This document shows positions 12,765 through 23,623 of a stretch of 35,484 bases of DNA, piece after piece. The position numbers and the translations under genes were made by a program. The DNA is from Corallochytrium limacisporum Hawaii. Lineage: Eukaryota > Protista > Pluriformea. The number at the start of each line of letters is the position of its first letter. The stretch's first letter is position 1. The DNA lies in contig PDIP01000264.1 in NCBI GenBank assembly GCA_002811645.1, positions 1-35,484 on the forward strand, given 5' to 3'. Below the pieces are notes generated by a model. It was not told the DNA's origin and searched no databases. It saw nothing but the letters and a program-made list of their open reading frames with translations.

Positions 12765-13010
12765 AGAAAGAAATGAAAGGAAAAAGGGAACAGCGAGGCA
12801 TATCCAACACCGCACAGAATCCGCCTTTCCCGTTCCGGGAAGAGAACAAGGGAGAGGGGGAGGGGGGGGGGAGGGTAGAGCACAGAAAAGGGGGAAAGGT
12901 GTTAGCAGTTGGGGGAAAGGCAGTCGGGGTGGTCGGGAAAGGGGGAAAGGGACAGACCAGTGCACGGCGCACAGAGAGAGAGAGAGTGAGTGAGTGGGAG
13001 AGAGAGCCAA
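12765..13010. promoter_or_regulatory. GA/G-run island upstream of cesA paralog 1 (CT-rich on the coding strand)
   Basis: Contains GGGAGAGGGGGAGGGGGGGGGGAGGG and (GA)n, about 400-640 bp upstream of the ATG at 12372. Confidence 0.4.
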
Positions 13011-13124
13011 ATGAAATCGCAGTTTGGAGGCAGTAGGTCGCATCGGGTGTACATCATCCACCATGAAGACTTCCCGCTATTCGTGGCGAAAGGTTTTGGA
13101 AAGATGCCAGGTTACTGTTCCTAT

Positions 13125-13427
13125 ACTTTGCATGGCGAGTGATATCAAGCGGGTTCCTCTGGCCGATGGCAGGGAGAACGGCAAATGCTCGGGAGATACT
13201 CACTCGGCGGAGACAGCTCGAATTGNNNNNNNNNNNNNNNNNNNNNNNNNNNNNNNNNNNNNNNNNNNNNNNNNNNNNNNNNNNNNNNNNNNNNNNNNNN
13301 NNNNNNNNNNNNNNNNACTTTGCATGGCGAGTGATATCAAGCGGGTTCCTCTGGCCGATGGCAGGGAGAACGGCAAATGCTCGGGAGAAAGAGCGAGATA
13401 CTCACTCGGCGGAGACAGCGCGAATTG
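13125..13427. other. Assembly gap (N 13226-13316) flanked by two near-identical copies of about 100 bp; probably uncollapsed haplotypes
   Basis: 13125-13225 matches 13317-13427 except for a 10-nt insertion (AAGAGCGAGA) and one SNP (CTCG vs CGCG). Both copies directly abut the gap. Confidence 0.8.
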
Positions 13428-14459
13428 TGTCTTCCTTGGGAAATGGAACGCATCGGAGGTTGTAACGATGACCTGTCAATTTGCTCAAGACCCAAGTACA
13501 TTAAGTATTGAAATTCTACGAAGTAACGACGATATTGTTCCAATACAAAGAATTTGGATGAGAGACCAAGAAAATAATGGATACTTTTCAAACTACCACA
13601 ACGATCACGAGGCAAACGATGAGTTTTGAGTTCGTACGGCCAAGAATGGCTGTGGAAGTATATTTTGTATGGACATCGGTTAATAAGATCCAAGCCCATG
13701 TCCTACTGGGGCTGTCGTGACCGCCGCTGTGAACATACCCCAGACCCACTGCCGGTCAATTGAAAAAAGGGAGAGCAGCAGCGCAAGAAACCAGAATGTA
13801 TGTTACCTGTCCAACGCATCATGCCTTCAATAGTGCCTGAACTGCGTAAAAATATGCGATGAGCTTCTGGTGGGTAGGGGAGCCGCACTCCTTAAAGGGT
13901 CGTCGTTTTCGAATGCAAGCACTGCCATGCGACATCGGCAAGGAGACTCGCTGACACTGCGTTTTCTTGATACATTCTCAACCGACGCAACGCCCTCAGT
14001 GCGCGCGACTTGGCTTGGAGAATTAAATATTGCGGTCGTTGCGGAAATTCGTGTTACGTTCAGCAAGAAATGCAAACAAAAAGGAACATTGATAAGTATC
14101 CAAAGCTTACGCAAGAGAGGGAATGCAGGCAAGGAACACACTTTCAAAACATCCACACTGTGTTCGTGGTGCAAGGAGTCCTTCCAGTGAGACGTTGCTG
14201 GTAAAGCACCGTTGCAGAAATCAAAACCGAAAAAAAAGAAAACGAACCGACCGGACCGAATTGAGCCTTCGGGTGCACGACTTGTCAGTTTTTCTTTCTT
14301 TCCCGGTTTCGTCTTTCTTTGCTCGTGCCTCCCACTCAAATCGTTCCCATTTGGGTGTGGAAAGCAAGCAGAAATGGTTTAGTCTCTTTGTGTTAGGGTC
14401 TGTTAGGAGTGTGTGTACGTCGCGGGCTTTCGAGTTTCAAGTGGTACTCCTTGTGGTTC

Positions 14460-15080
14460 GCTTTTTAGCTCTCGCTTCTCGCTCTCGCACTATTTCTTTC
14501 TCTCATTGTTTCGAAGCTGGTGTGGGTTTCTTCTGCTTCTTCTTCTTTCCTTAGTTCTCTTACCCCGTGGTCTGCGTGTCCGCATTTGCCATTTTGCTTT
14601 TTGTTAATTTCATTCTTGTCGTTCTGCAAAATCTCTGGGTCGCTTGCACTTTCTCGGCCGATCATTATGCCTTGGCGCTCCCCCCCCTCCTCCCCGCCTC
14701 TCGCTTCTCGCTTCTCGCTCTCTCTCTGTCTCTCTCTGTGTCTGTGTTCCCTTCGTCGTGTGTGCGCGCACGGGCATTCCATGGCACGGAGACCTTCTAT
14801 GAAGTTTGGGTACCGGAACTGCGTGTGGATCAATATTAGATCAATATTTCTAGTTTACCTTAATTGGCAGGAGTGAATCGAGAGAGGGAAAGGGAGAGGA
14901 AAGGGGGAGAAAGAAGTGGCAGGGACCCGGGGGGGGGGGAAAGCGCTTCAGCGGGTTTTCCTCTGAGACAAAGGAAATGGGGGGAAGAACGGAGCAGGAA
15001 ACAGGGCTTCGGTTCGACACACAACCCTTCCCCGAGAAAATTTTGAAATGGGGCAAAGAGCGAGGGGGTAGAGGGAGGTG
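14460..15080. promoter_or_regulatory. CT-rich then GA/G-run island upstream of the 15556 gene
   Basis: (CT)n and CTCGCTT repeats at 14460-14760 switch to purine/G runs at 14870-15080. A tandem GATCAATATT pair lies at the switch point (14828-14848). Confidence 0.4.
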
Positions 15081-15555
15081 GCGAATTTATAGCAGTGACG
15101 GGCTTCCGCCCTCACTCTCCTGGTGCCTCAAGTTTTGCGACGATTTATGCCGTGCTGCATACAAGTTGAAAAGCCAAAGGAGAAATGAGGTTAATCGACA
15201 ATAGTGAACGAAACGCATTCGACAAAGGGGACTGAGTGAGTAAGGACAGTGAGTATCGAGTTCACGGGACAAGGGGTAATGGGTTTCATCTACAGCCTAC
15301 CTCGTTGTCATCCTTTAGGCTTCTTGGAATGTGGAAGCACTGTCTTCAACAAGTTGAAATGGAGACCGATTGATTCGTTGCATTGGGTACATTGCGTTGA
15401 TGTCCCTTTTCTTTGCTGTTTACTAGCCAGGTACATCAAGATTTATTGGGAAGCTTAACGGCGACACGTACAAGAATCAGTGTACGCCTTTACTTGGTAC
15501 AACGTTCAAGGCTACAGAACACTTAGGAAAGAGGAAGTCCTGTATCAAACTAACT

Positions 15556-17325
15556 ATGCCGAAGTCATACCGTCCACAGCATGACGAGGGAGGTGAGCTT
15601 GACTCCCTCATCCTTGAAGGCGACGATTCAATCATTGCCGACTTTATCGGTGACAACATTAATTGGGAGGAAGTCCAGAAGCAAAAGGAAGCAGCGGCTG
15701 GTTTTAATTATGGCTACTTCCGTCACATTATGAACCAGCTGTTTGGTGCTGGCACCTACATATTTATTACCCTGATCACCATCTTTACTCCTGCCGCATG
15801 GGTTGTCATTTCGCAGTACTTGGCGCAGGTCAATATTAGCGACCAGTCCTGGTCCTTTGACGATGCGTCTATCAGTCGCATTAACGACACTCACTACGAC
15901 TTCTCTGCTGACCTGCGTCTGACTGGTTCTTCCTTTTTCGACTTCTCCTATCCCACTTCTAACATGTCCCTCCTGGTGACAGAGGATGATGGGGAGGCGG
16001 TCCTTGGCTTCATTGAAATCCCGGGTATGGAGGTTGACAGTGTTCGCCCCTTCACCAGGCGAGTTGAAACGACACTGGAGGTTGCAGACACGGCTATGAT
16101 GGAAGAAGAACTTCGTGCAGTGACCAGTGGTCGGGACACCAGGTGGTACATTGTCGGCGAGCTGAAGACCATTATCGAGCTTGCCATCAGTCTCCGGACG
16201 TTTGTAAGCCTGCATTCCCCAGTTTCTGTACCTTCCATTATCTATGATAACATTGTCGCTTCGAATGCGCAAGTTTCGAAGATTACCAACAGTGTCATCG
16301 AGGGTTCGTGCACTGTGGCATGGGACAACCTCTCCAACACTTCCCTAAAGAATGTCTACAAGAACACTCAGATGATTTTTGTTCCCGACGTTGAACTGTC
16401 CGGTAGTGGCATCGCCAGCGAGTCTATGCTTCTAACCTGCGATGCCATTGACCTCGAGGCCTACCAAAGTGACGCCAACGGTGCTGCGACCTCTAATTGC
16501 ACCTTCAATGTGGTGCATACTAAAGACGATGCAATCACTGATGCTTCCCAATTGCTGGACCCTGAGATCAAGTACGCTCTGGCAGGTCGTCTCCTTGAGA
16601 AATTCATCTTACGTGGAGGCTTGGAGGGCACTCTGCGTGGTCCTCTCCCTGTGCCTTCAACAAACCCTTACGTTGACACGAACGATAGCCGTATTCCTGC
16701 ATTTGTACCAATCATGGGACGCATGAGTATGCAAATGGATGAGGTTCAAAATGCCGCCACCGAGGAGGATATTGTCGCAGTTGCCAGCAGAAATAACCAA
16801 ATTACCCTGAACCCCATGGCTGGCACCGCTACGGTCACTCTAAACGGTTCATCTGTGCTGCAGAAGAACCCTGGCTTTGTGATGTCTTCCACGTCCATGC
16901 GTCTTGTGGATCACTCCGGTAAGCGGGGAGTAGCCTTCACCACCACTGTTACGACTGACAATGGCGAAGAGACACTCCGCTGCCCAGCTCCTCCCGCCTA
17001 CCTGCATGTTAAACCCGCTGAGGACCGAGCTTCTACCAACGTACCTGTAACTTTATCGGTCGAAGATCCCACCAGCGGACGAATGGACGTTCCTGATGCC
17101 TGCAAGGCCGCCTACCATAATGCTATTTGCTGTGGTCTCCTGCCTCGGCCCAGCATGGCAGGCAAGTTGGCCATTGAATTCCAGGAAACCTTGGTCACAC
17201 TGAATTACGATCCCACCAGTCAGATGTCCATCAAGTGCGAGACTGATGCCGACTATGAGACGAACGTTTGCGCCCGTTTCACACGCACTTGCGATGCATT
17301 CATTGGAGAATACTGCGACGAGTAA
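15556..17325 (+). CDS. Type II single-pass membrane protein (589 aa) with DUF3712/Tag1-like ectodomain and C-terminal Cys motif; putative synthase accessory protein B
   Basis: Acidic N-terminal tail of about 65 aa, then TM helix GAGTYIFITLITIFTPAAWVVISQYL. The segment LGFIEIPGMEV...TLEVADTAMMEEELRAVTSGRDTRWYIVG resembles DUF3712. N-glycosylation sequons (NIS, NDT, NMS, NLS, NTS, NCT, NGS). Cys motif CKAAYHNAICC...CETDADYETNVC. Confidence 0.88.
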   Translation: MPKSYRPQHDEGGELDSLILEGDDSIIADFIGDNINWEEVQKQKEAAAGFNYGYFRHIMNQLFGAGTYIFITLITIFTPAAWVVISQYLAQVNISDQSWSFDDASISRINDTHYDFSADLRLTGSSFFDFSYPTSNMSLLVTEDDGEAVLGFIEIPGMEVDSVRPFTRRVETTLEVADTAMMEEELRAVTSGRDTRWYIVGELKTIIELAISLRTFVSLHSPVSVPSIIYDNIVASNAQVSKITNSVIEGSCTVAWDNLSNTSLKNVYKNTQMIFVPDVELSGSGIASESMLLTCDAIDLEAYQSDANGAATSNCTFNVVHTKDDAITDASQLLDPEIKYALAGRLLEKFILRGGLEGTLRGPLPVPSTNPYVDTNDSRIPAFVPIMGRMSMQMDEVQNAATEEDIVAVASRNNQITLNPMAGTATVTLNGSSVLQKNPGFVMSSTSMRLVDHSGKRGVAFTTTVTTDNGEETLRCPAPPAYLHVKPAEDRASTNVPVTLSVEDPTSGRMDVPDACKAAYHNAICCGLLPRPSMAGKLAIEFQETLVTLNYDPTSQMSIKCETDADYETNVCARFTRTCDAFIGEYCDE

Positions 17326-17521
17326 ACACTTCCTTGCTCCCAAAACTTTTCCACATTATCATTTCCTTCTACATGCATACCAACATTTAATATATCCAGC
17401 ATAACATCATTCCTGACTGTAATGGTACCACCCATAGTTTGGCGCAGAGCTCATGTACCCTGCCGCCTGATGCTGGTGGTTCCTTCAATAACTCCCCCCA
17501 CCGTGGGACTGCTCTTTTACT

Positions 17522-17711
17522 TACCAACCTCTGTTCAATAAAAAAGTGCAGAATTTCGAAAAACCGGTGTTCAACAAAAATTTGCACAATTCGTGATTGT
17601 TAGCCCNNNNNNNNNNNNNNNNNNNNNNNNNNNGCCGATTTTATAAGATTCAAACGAAGCTTTCAAACCATAATGTAAATTATGCACTTTTTTATTGAAC
17701 AGAGGTTGGTA
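17522..17711. mobile_element. MITE-like non-autonomous DNA transposon (Tc1/mariner-type TA target), with an internal N gap
   Basis: Perfect 29-bp inverted repeat: TACCAACCTCTGTTCAATAAAAAAGTGCA (17522-17550) and its reverse complement (17683-17711). It extends to about 35 bp with one mismatch. The outermost TA dinucleotides fit a target-site duplication. N gap at 17607-17633. Confidence 0.7.
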
Positions 17712-18444
17712 CCAAATTGTGCACCCTTTCAATTTAGGTCTTGGGCCGGAAGTGAGATCCACAGGGAGTCCCCAAAGGGCAATAAAATTAGGCCCCCATC
17801 CAAATGGAGTACTTTACGATACCAACAAATATTGATCATTGGACAGTCTTACCCTCGCAGACTCTTGAGAGAGCGACAAAAGGGGAAATTTAAAATATTG
17901 ATTATTTAAACAGACTCAAGGGGGAAAGGAGGGGAAAAGGCGTTCCGTCAAGTGGAATAGGGAGGAGGAGGCGAAGAAACTCCACGCAAGAAATTCCATA
18001 TGAAAAATATAGGGAAAAGGACCAACTTCAGTATTGTTCTCCACAGAGTGAAAAGTGGAGGCGAGGACCAGACAATGGATCCCTCAGCCAGAGTATCCTC
18101 AAAAAGGAGCAACGTTGTACAGAATCCTTGAAGGCTTTGCGGTTCTTGATTGGGTTGTGTTGGAGTAGTCTTTCTCAAATTCCCCAAAGACCCCTGACTC
18201 TTGCCGTAGAAGGCTCATCCTTGACCTCACGGAATACACGACAAGAGACACTGCAAACAGCTGTCCGCACATTCGCTCGACTGTCTTGGTACAAAGGAGG
18301 CACAGTCAATGACTGCATTAGGAATCAATGGCTGATCTAAATAGTGCTCTACTCAACGGGTAATTGAATGTTTCAGACTCACAGAATCTGAAAGCAAGGT
18401 TCCACGAAACCAAGTTCTTTGAGCCCAAAGAAAGCTGATCAATC

Positions 18445-20565
18445 ATGACTGAGCAAGACTACGCGGCAACTGATCCTGTGGCGGAGACAGAGACCGAATG
18501 GGCTGAAGAGCCTATGGCTGTGGAGGATGAAATTGCAATTGACAGTGAAGACTTGCCTGCCGTCGCCCCCACTGAAAACCCGGAAACTGTCCGGTCAGCC
18601 ACTCAGTTCTCCGCTACAAAGATCACGGACACTGTGCGGGGCTCTGTCGACGGTCGTATCTACAAGTTCCTCAACGACGACAGCTATACTGCCCGTCACG
18701 ATGCGCCCATGATGCCACCACCACCTAAAGAGTATGCTCCGCACACAAGCGCCACGAAGAGCCCGGTGCGTACTATCCTGGCCAAGGCTATTGCTATTGG
18801 CCACATTATCGCTGGCGCCTTCTACTTTTGGTACCGCATCAGTTACACTCTGGGGACGTTCGTGCCCACCAACGAAGAGGACGCATCCAAGCGTGGTGAG
18901 GAACTTCCTGCTGATCAGTATGCCTACCAGATCATCTTTCTGATGGCTGAAATGTATGCCTTCATTGTTGGTCTTTTTGTGTTTTTGGAGCATTGGAATC
19001 CCATCGAGCGCGAAGCCACCGCTCTGTCAAAGCTGAAGGTCCCTGTCCCGGAAACGGAACTGCCCACTGTCGCTGTATTTGTGCCCACCTATAAGGAGCC
19101 TACGGCCATCGTGGAGTGTACAGTTCGGTCTGCACTGAACATCAAATACCCCAAGGAATTGCTCACGGTATATCTCTGTGACGACGGTCGTATGAAGCAA
19201 AACGCAGCAATGGTGGAAAAGTTGAATTCTATCGGATATGACAATCTGCACTATGTGATCCGTGACAATAACAGCCACGCCAAAGCAGGCAACCTGAACA
19301 ATGCTTTGCAGTACACCAAGTCTGATTTGGTTCTCATCTTCGATGCTGATTTCCGTGCCCACACTGATTTCCTGGACAAGACGCTGCCATACTTCTATGA
19401 ATATGACTACATTAATGATCGCATGATCTTCAACACTCGCGTCGGCTTTGTGCAGACTCCCCAGCTTTTCTTCAACGTTGATCAGCGCGAAGACCCCATG
19501 GACTGCAAGGCAACTCAATTTTTCGAAGTCATTTGCGCTTCCCGCGACGGTGGTAACGCTACTGCTTGTGTGGGTACCAATTTCATTGCCTCTCGAATGG
19601 CATTGTCAGACATTGGCGGTTTCCCAACATTCTCCGTTACCGAAGATGCTGCTATGGGTATGCTCATGCAGTCCAAGGGCTACAAAGGCATCTACACCGG
19701 CGAGTATCTAGCTGTCGGTATTTCTCCTACGACGCTGTCTGATGTGTTCCGTCAACGTTCCCGTTGGTGCAAGGGTACTTTCCAGATGATATTTGACCGC
19801 CACAATTCCCCGTTCGTGGCCAAGGGCCTGAAAATGACCCAACGCCTCATCTACATTGGTACCGGTTTAACCTACTCTATGGCATTCCTCAACGTCTTCT
19901 TCATGGCTACTCTGGGCATTTTCATCTTTGGCCAAATCCTGCCATTCGTCATGAACGATATGTTTGAATTTGCCCTCCACATTGTGCCCTACTTGGCGAC
20001 ACATTTTCTCTATGACCAGGTCATCGGAGGCTTCACCAAATCCAGTGCGACCTCCTCTCAGAACACATATGTATTCTCCCAGATGTTCATGTACTACATC
20101 ATGAAGAACTGCATCACTGCCGCTACTGGCTTGAAACTATCTTTCAAGGTCACAAACAAGGCAGGCGACAATTCTTACTGGTCTGTAGTCAAGAATAACA
20201 TGCGCCGTGTCTGGTTCAACGTGATGGTTATACTGTACTGCGGGACCGTAATTGTTTACGGTTTCGTAAACCCCATTAATACGTACACCAAGAGTGGTGA
20301 GCGTGACGAGGGTGGCGGTCTCCTTATGTATGTGTCCATCTGTATGGCCTTCTACTACATGTTCCCGCACATCGCAGCTTTAGTCGTGTGCTTCAAACCC
20401 ACACACTACCAGAAGCCAGCCATCTACTGGACATCCTTCCTTGCCAACATGCAGAAGTTCTTCCTCATGTTGGTCTTTGTTCTGATTATGTTCCAAGGGG
20501 CAGTAGTCTTCGCTGAGAGCAAGGCCACCTTTGTCGCCCCCCAGAAGCTCTTCAATGCGGTCTGA
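18445..20565 (+). CDS. cesA: Cellulose synthase-like processive GT2 glycosyltransferase (CesA/BcsA family), paralog 2, 706 aa
   Basis: Motifs VPTYKE, CDDGR, HAKAGNLN, DADF, VQTPQ, GTN, VTED, QRSRW and FKVTNK. Same transmembrane layout as 10342-12372 and collinear with it. Acidic N-terminal tail. Confidence 0.93.
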   Translation: MTEQDYAATDPVAETETEWAEEPMAVEDEIAIDSEDLPAVAPTENPETVRSATQFSATKITDTVRGSVDGRIYKFLNDDSYTARHDAPMMPPPPKEYAPHTSATKSPVRTILAKAIAIGHIIAGAFYFWYRISYTLGTFVPTNEEDASKRGEELPADQYAYQIIFLMAEMYAFIVGLFVFLEHWNPIEREATALSKLKVPVPETELPTVAVFVPTYKEPTAIVECTVRSALNIKYPKELLTVYLCDDGRMKQNAAMVEKLNSIGYDNLHYVIRDNNSHAKAGNLNNALQYTKSDLVLIFDADFRAHTDFLDKTLPYFYEYDYINDRMIFNTRVGFVQTPQLFFNVDQREDPMDCKATQFFEVICASRDGGNATACVGTNFIASRMALSDIGGFPTFSVTEDAAMGMLMQSKGYKGIYTGEYLAVGISPTTLSDVFRQRSRWCKGTFQMIFDRHNSPFVAKGLKMTQRLIYIGTGLTYSMAFLNVFFMATLGIFIFGQILPFVMNDMFEFALHIVPYLATHFLYDQVIGGFTKSSATSSQNTYVFSQMFMYYIMKNCITAATGLKLSFKVTNKAGDNSYWSVVKNNMRRVWFNVMVILYCGTVIVYGFVNPINTYTKSGERDEGGGLLMYVSICMAFYYMFPHIAALVVCFKPTHYQKPAIYWTSFLANMQKFFLMLVFVLIMFQGAVVFAESKATFVAPQKLFNAV

Positions 20566-23500
20566 AAACACGTCGGACTCAGAGAAAATTCTAAACCATC
20601 AGAACGATATGGGAACATGACTCATAACATTAACATACGGCATCATTTCCATACTCTTAATACAAATCCTCATTACGTTCTCATTACCACCCCAATGCAC
20701 TTCATGGTTTGGCATCATAACAGGTATGGATAGACTGTAATCACTGTATCACTGAGCGCTTACGTTAGCCAGTGCACTCAAACTGGTAGAAACAAAGTCT
20801 GTTGTGCCTTCATCCACCTCTCCGCTTTCGTATTCGGGGGCCTGGTTTGCGCTGCCTCACCAACATGTAAGCCGGTCTGTGCCACTCACTGTGCCTTGCT
20901 GCCAAGTCAAAGAGGCGCTACTTGACGATTGGAACAAAACTATCATTCAGAACAATCATGATTGTAATTTGACTTTATATTGATTAATATATTTGTTTGA
21001 TTCTCTCCAAAGGCTATGGCAATATGATCAATATGGTCCTAAACACTTTAGAATAATGATTGTATATAAACTAGCACAACGGGCACGGACGAGGATTCTC
21101 GTTACCCTTTCCCTCCCCCAACTCCTTTGGTGCCATCGTCTCAGTTGCAATGGATCGTCTCAAAGTGAATCATCAGAAATACCCCCCCACACATCATGAA
21201 AACAAGCCAGCCATTCCTAAGTGAAACGGTCTTCATCCCTCATTTGGTCATGGCGGTTGGATGCTCATGCGAATGGTGTTCGAATGGCGTGTGAAGTTTA
21301 CCGAATACAGGTATCGCTGCCCGTCGCCTTTGGTGGCTTGCAGGAGCCGGCGGGTTCACTTACGTCTTTGTATGTTCCTGCTTCATCACCATACTAATTG
21401 GTTTTGTTTCTATTCTCATTATCTTCAGGGCCATCTCGCCTACGTAATTTGTTTTTTTGCAAGCGAGCACGTACGGAACACAAGCGGCTCGACTTGCAAC
21501 TGGGCATGGCTTGAAGCACAAACCGATTTTTAGTTTACACCGGGTCCTTTTGACCCCTCCCTAGCACCATGAAAAATCATCACTTTCAAAATTCATACTT
21601 ATTACATAGCATTCAGGATTGCAGCAATTACGATTCTGTCCAGTTTTTCTCCGTCTCATGCAAAAACTCTGCATCACGGACAATCAAATTCCATCGCTCT
21701 TTCAATGTGTTTCCCAAGACTAGGTCTGAGCTGTGTTTTGTTTCACAGGAACAGAGGAACATTCAGTCCAGAAACTGATTAACATTCAGGTTCTGTTTCA
21801 GAAACAGTTTTGGATGTTCTCTCGATGTTGCAATCGTGAATGTGCTCCGTTGTAAATGGCTGCTGATAGAGCATTCCTGTTGTCCATGCCACTGAGCAAT
21901 TAAGTCTGCACCTTCTTTGGATGCGAGGGAGCTTTTGACAAGGGAGCGGAGTTCGTAAGAGAGGTGGTACAGCGCAACGAAACATTGGTAGAGATATACG
22001 ACGACAGGAGTCGTACATGGGCGCTCTCGGGATATATTTCGCAAATCAGTCAACAGAAGAAGCGCGAGGGAGGACGGATGGGTGGGCGGAAGATAGAGTT
22101 CCCCAGAGTTACGAAAACGCTGGACAGCGACCAACACAAAAGCTTGCTGAAAAGGATAAAACGTCTGCATGCTAAATTATGTGGTACATGAGACACTGGC
22201 GAGCGACGCGAAATGATTTACGTTGTTTCGGCCGGCAGAACAGACGTAAAAATAAGGAACACGAGGTGATAACACAGCTTCGGAAAGTAAACCATCGTTG
22301 GGCCGTTGGAACGTGTACTTCCATCAGACACGCCCTTCGTGCGCATGACCTTCCCAAAACAACCAAGAGTTTCAAAGGCTATCACAATTCATTTCTACTT
22401 TACTGCAAATCTATAGAAGAGAAATTTCTGAACTTGTGTTTGAGCCAAACACCTGCCATATATACTTATACTCAGACTCCTTGTTTCTGTTTGGACACGT
22501 TGCTAGAAGATGGCAGTGAAGAACCTGAATTCTTCATTCCGATAATATACAAAAAAATGAAACGCGAATATGCCAGTAGAGGAGGTGACGACTGTTGGAA
22601 ACGTATCTCTTCTTTAACGGAATCTAAGGAACGGCTCCTGAGAGTAATTGACCGTGACGCACGGTGGAGCTCAGTTCCACCTCTCCGCTGTCCAAACTCC
22701 CTCTTCCCCCAGGGCAAGAATTGGTGCCCAACTGCCTTCAAGAAATTCTCCATCATTTTAATCACGATGCACACAGCTCCCCACTCAAGGGTTTTTGAAA
22801 GGGAAGGGTTTGCCCTCCCCCTCCCCCTCCTCCCGCGGGGGGGGGGGCAAACTTACGGGTGATGTCCCATTGGTTTCCACGCTGGTCGAACGCACCGACA
22901 CAGAAGGAACCATTTCACTGAACATGTTCGTTGTTTCAACTGGAGGAAAACACTGGAAAGAGAGAAGAAAGGGGGACGTGGGGCCACTCTGCTGTTTTTT
23001 CCGGTTTACCCTACGTGCCACATTAGGGGCTCGCGGTAGAAACCGAGGGCAGTTCCCTCCTCTCCCTGAAATATGGACTTGGTCCATGAGTGCGCTCTCG
23101 TTTTAGCAAACATTTGCCCTTGCTTGAGTGAGATTTTTTATATATCGAAAGTATCTAGTTTCTCCTAGCAAATTTGTCATAGCGCTAATTTGGCCTTGAG
23201 TATCGAAAGGAAAGGAAAGTGGGAGTAAAGTGTGTACAGAGCACGTTACCCACCATTGAAGGACTGCCTCTGCAGCGACACAGGCGAACAGAGAACGGGG
23301 GAGAAGGGGGAGAAAAGGCCATCCCCCCCGGAGAGGGGGGGGGAACCTAGGAAGAGACCAAAAAGGAGAATGGCACACAGAAAGGGCACACTGCAAGATG
23401 AACCGCTGCTACAGTCCAAGAACCATTGACCAGAAAAAGAATAGGCCGTATACCAGATTTTGTATGGCCATTGAAAACAATTGACCTAGAATAGGATGAA

Positions 23501-23623
23501 TAGGGCCTGTTGGTGTATTTGAAGTCTCTCACATGAGAATAACTGGTAATGCTTGTGTCACATCTAGTAATCCACACGGTCCTCTGATCAGGATTCGAAA
23601 TATCAGAGACAATTACCGGCAAA

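Noticed and set aside
13024-13629. 201-aa ORF with an internal tandem repeat
   Set aside because: The repeat spans an N gap and is best explained as uncollapsed haplotypes.
22179-22862. 227-aa ORF as a gene or transposase
   Set aside because: It has no DDE, RT or other recognisable motif, lacks the codon bias of the real genes, and runs into a G/C homopolymer tract.
1739-23237. GTGTAC / TGCATG hexamers as ApiAP2-type sites
   Set aside because: The counts I saw do not exceed chance for 6-mers in 35 kb, and the taxon is not established.
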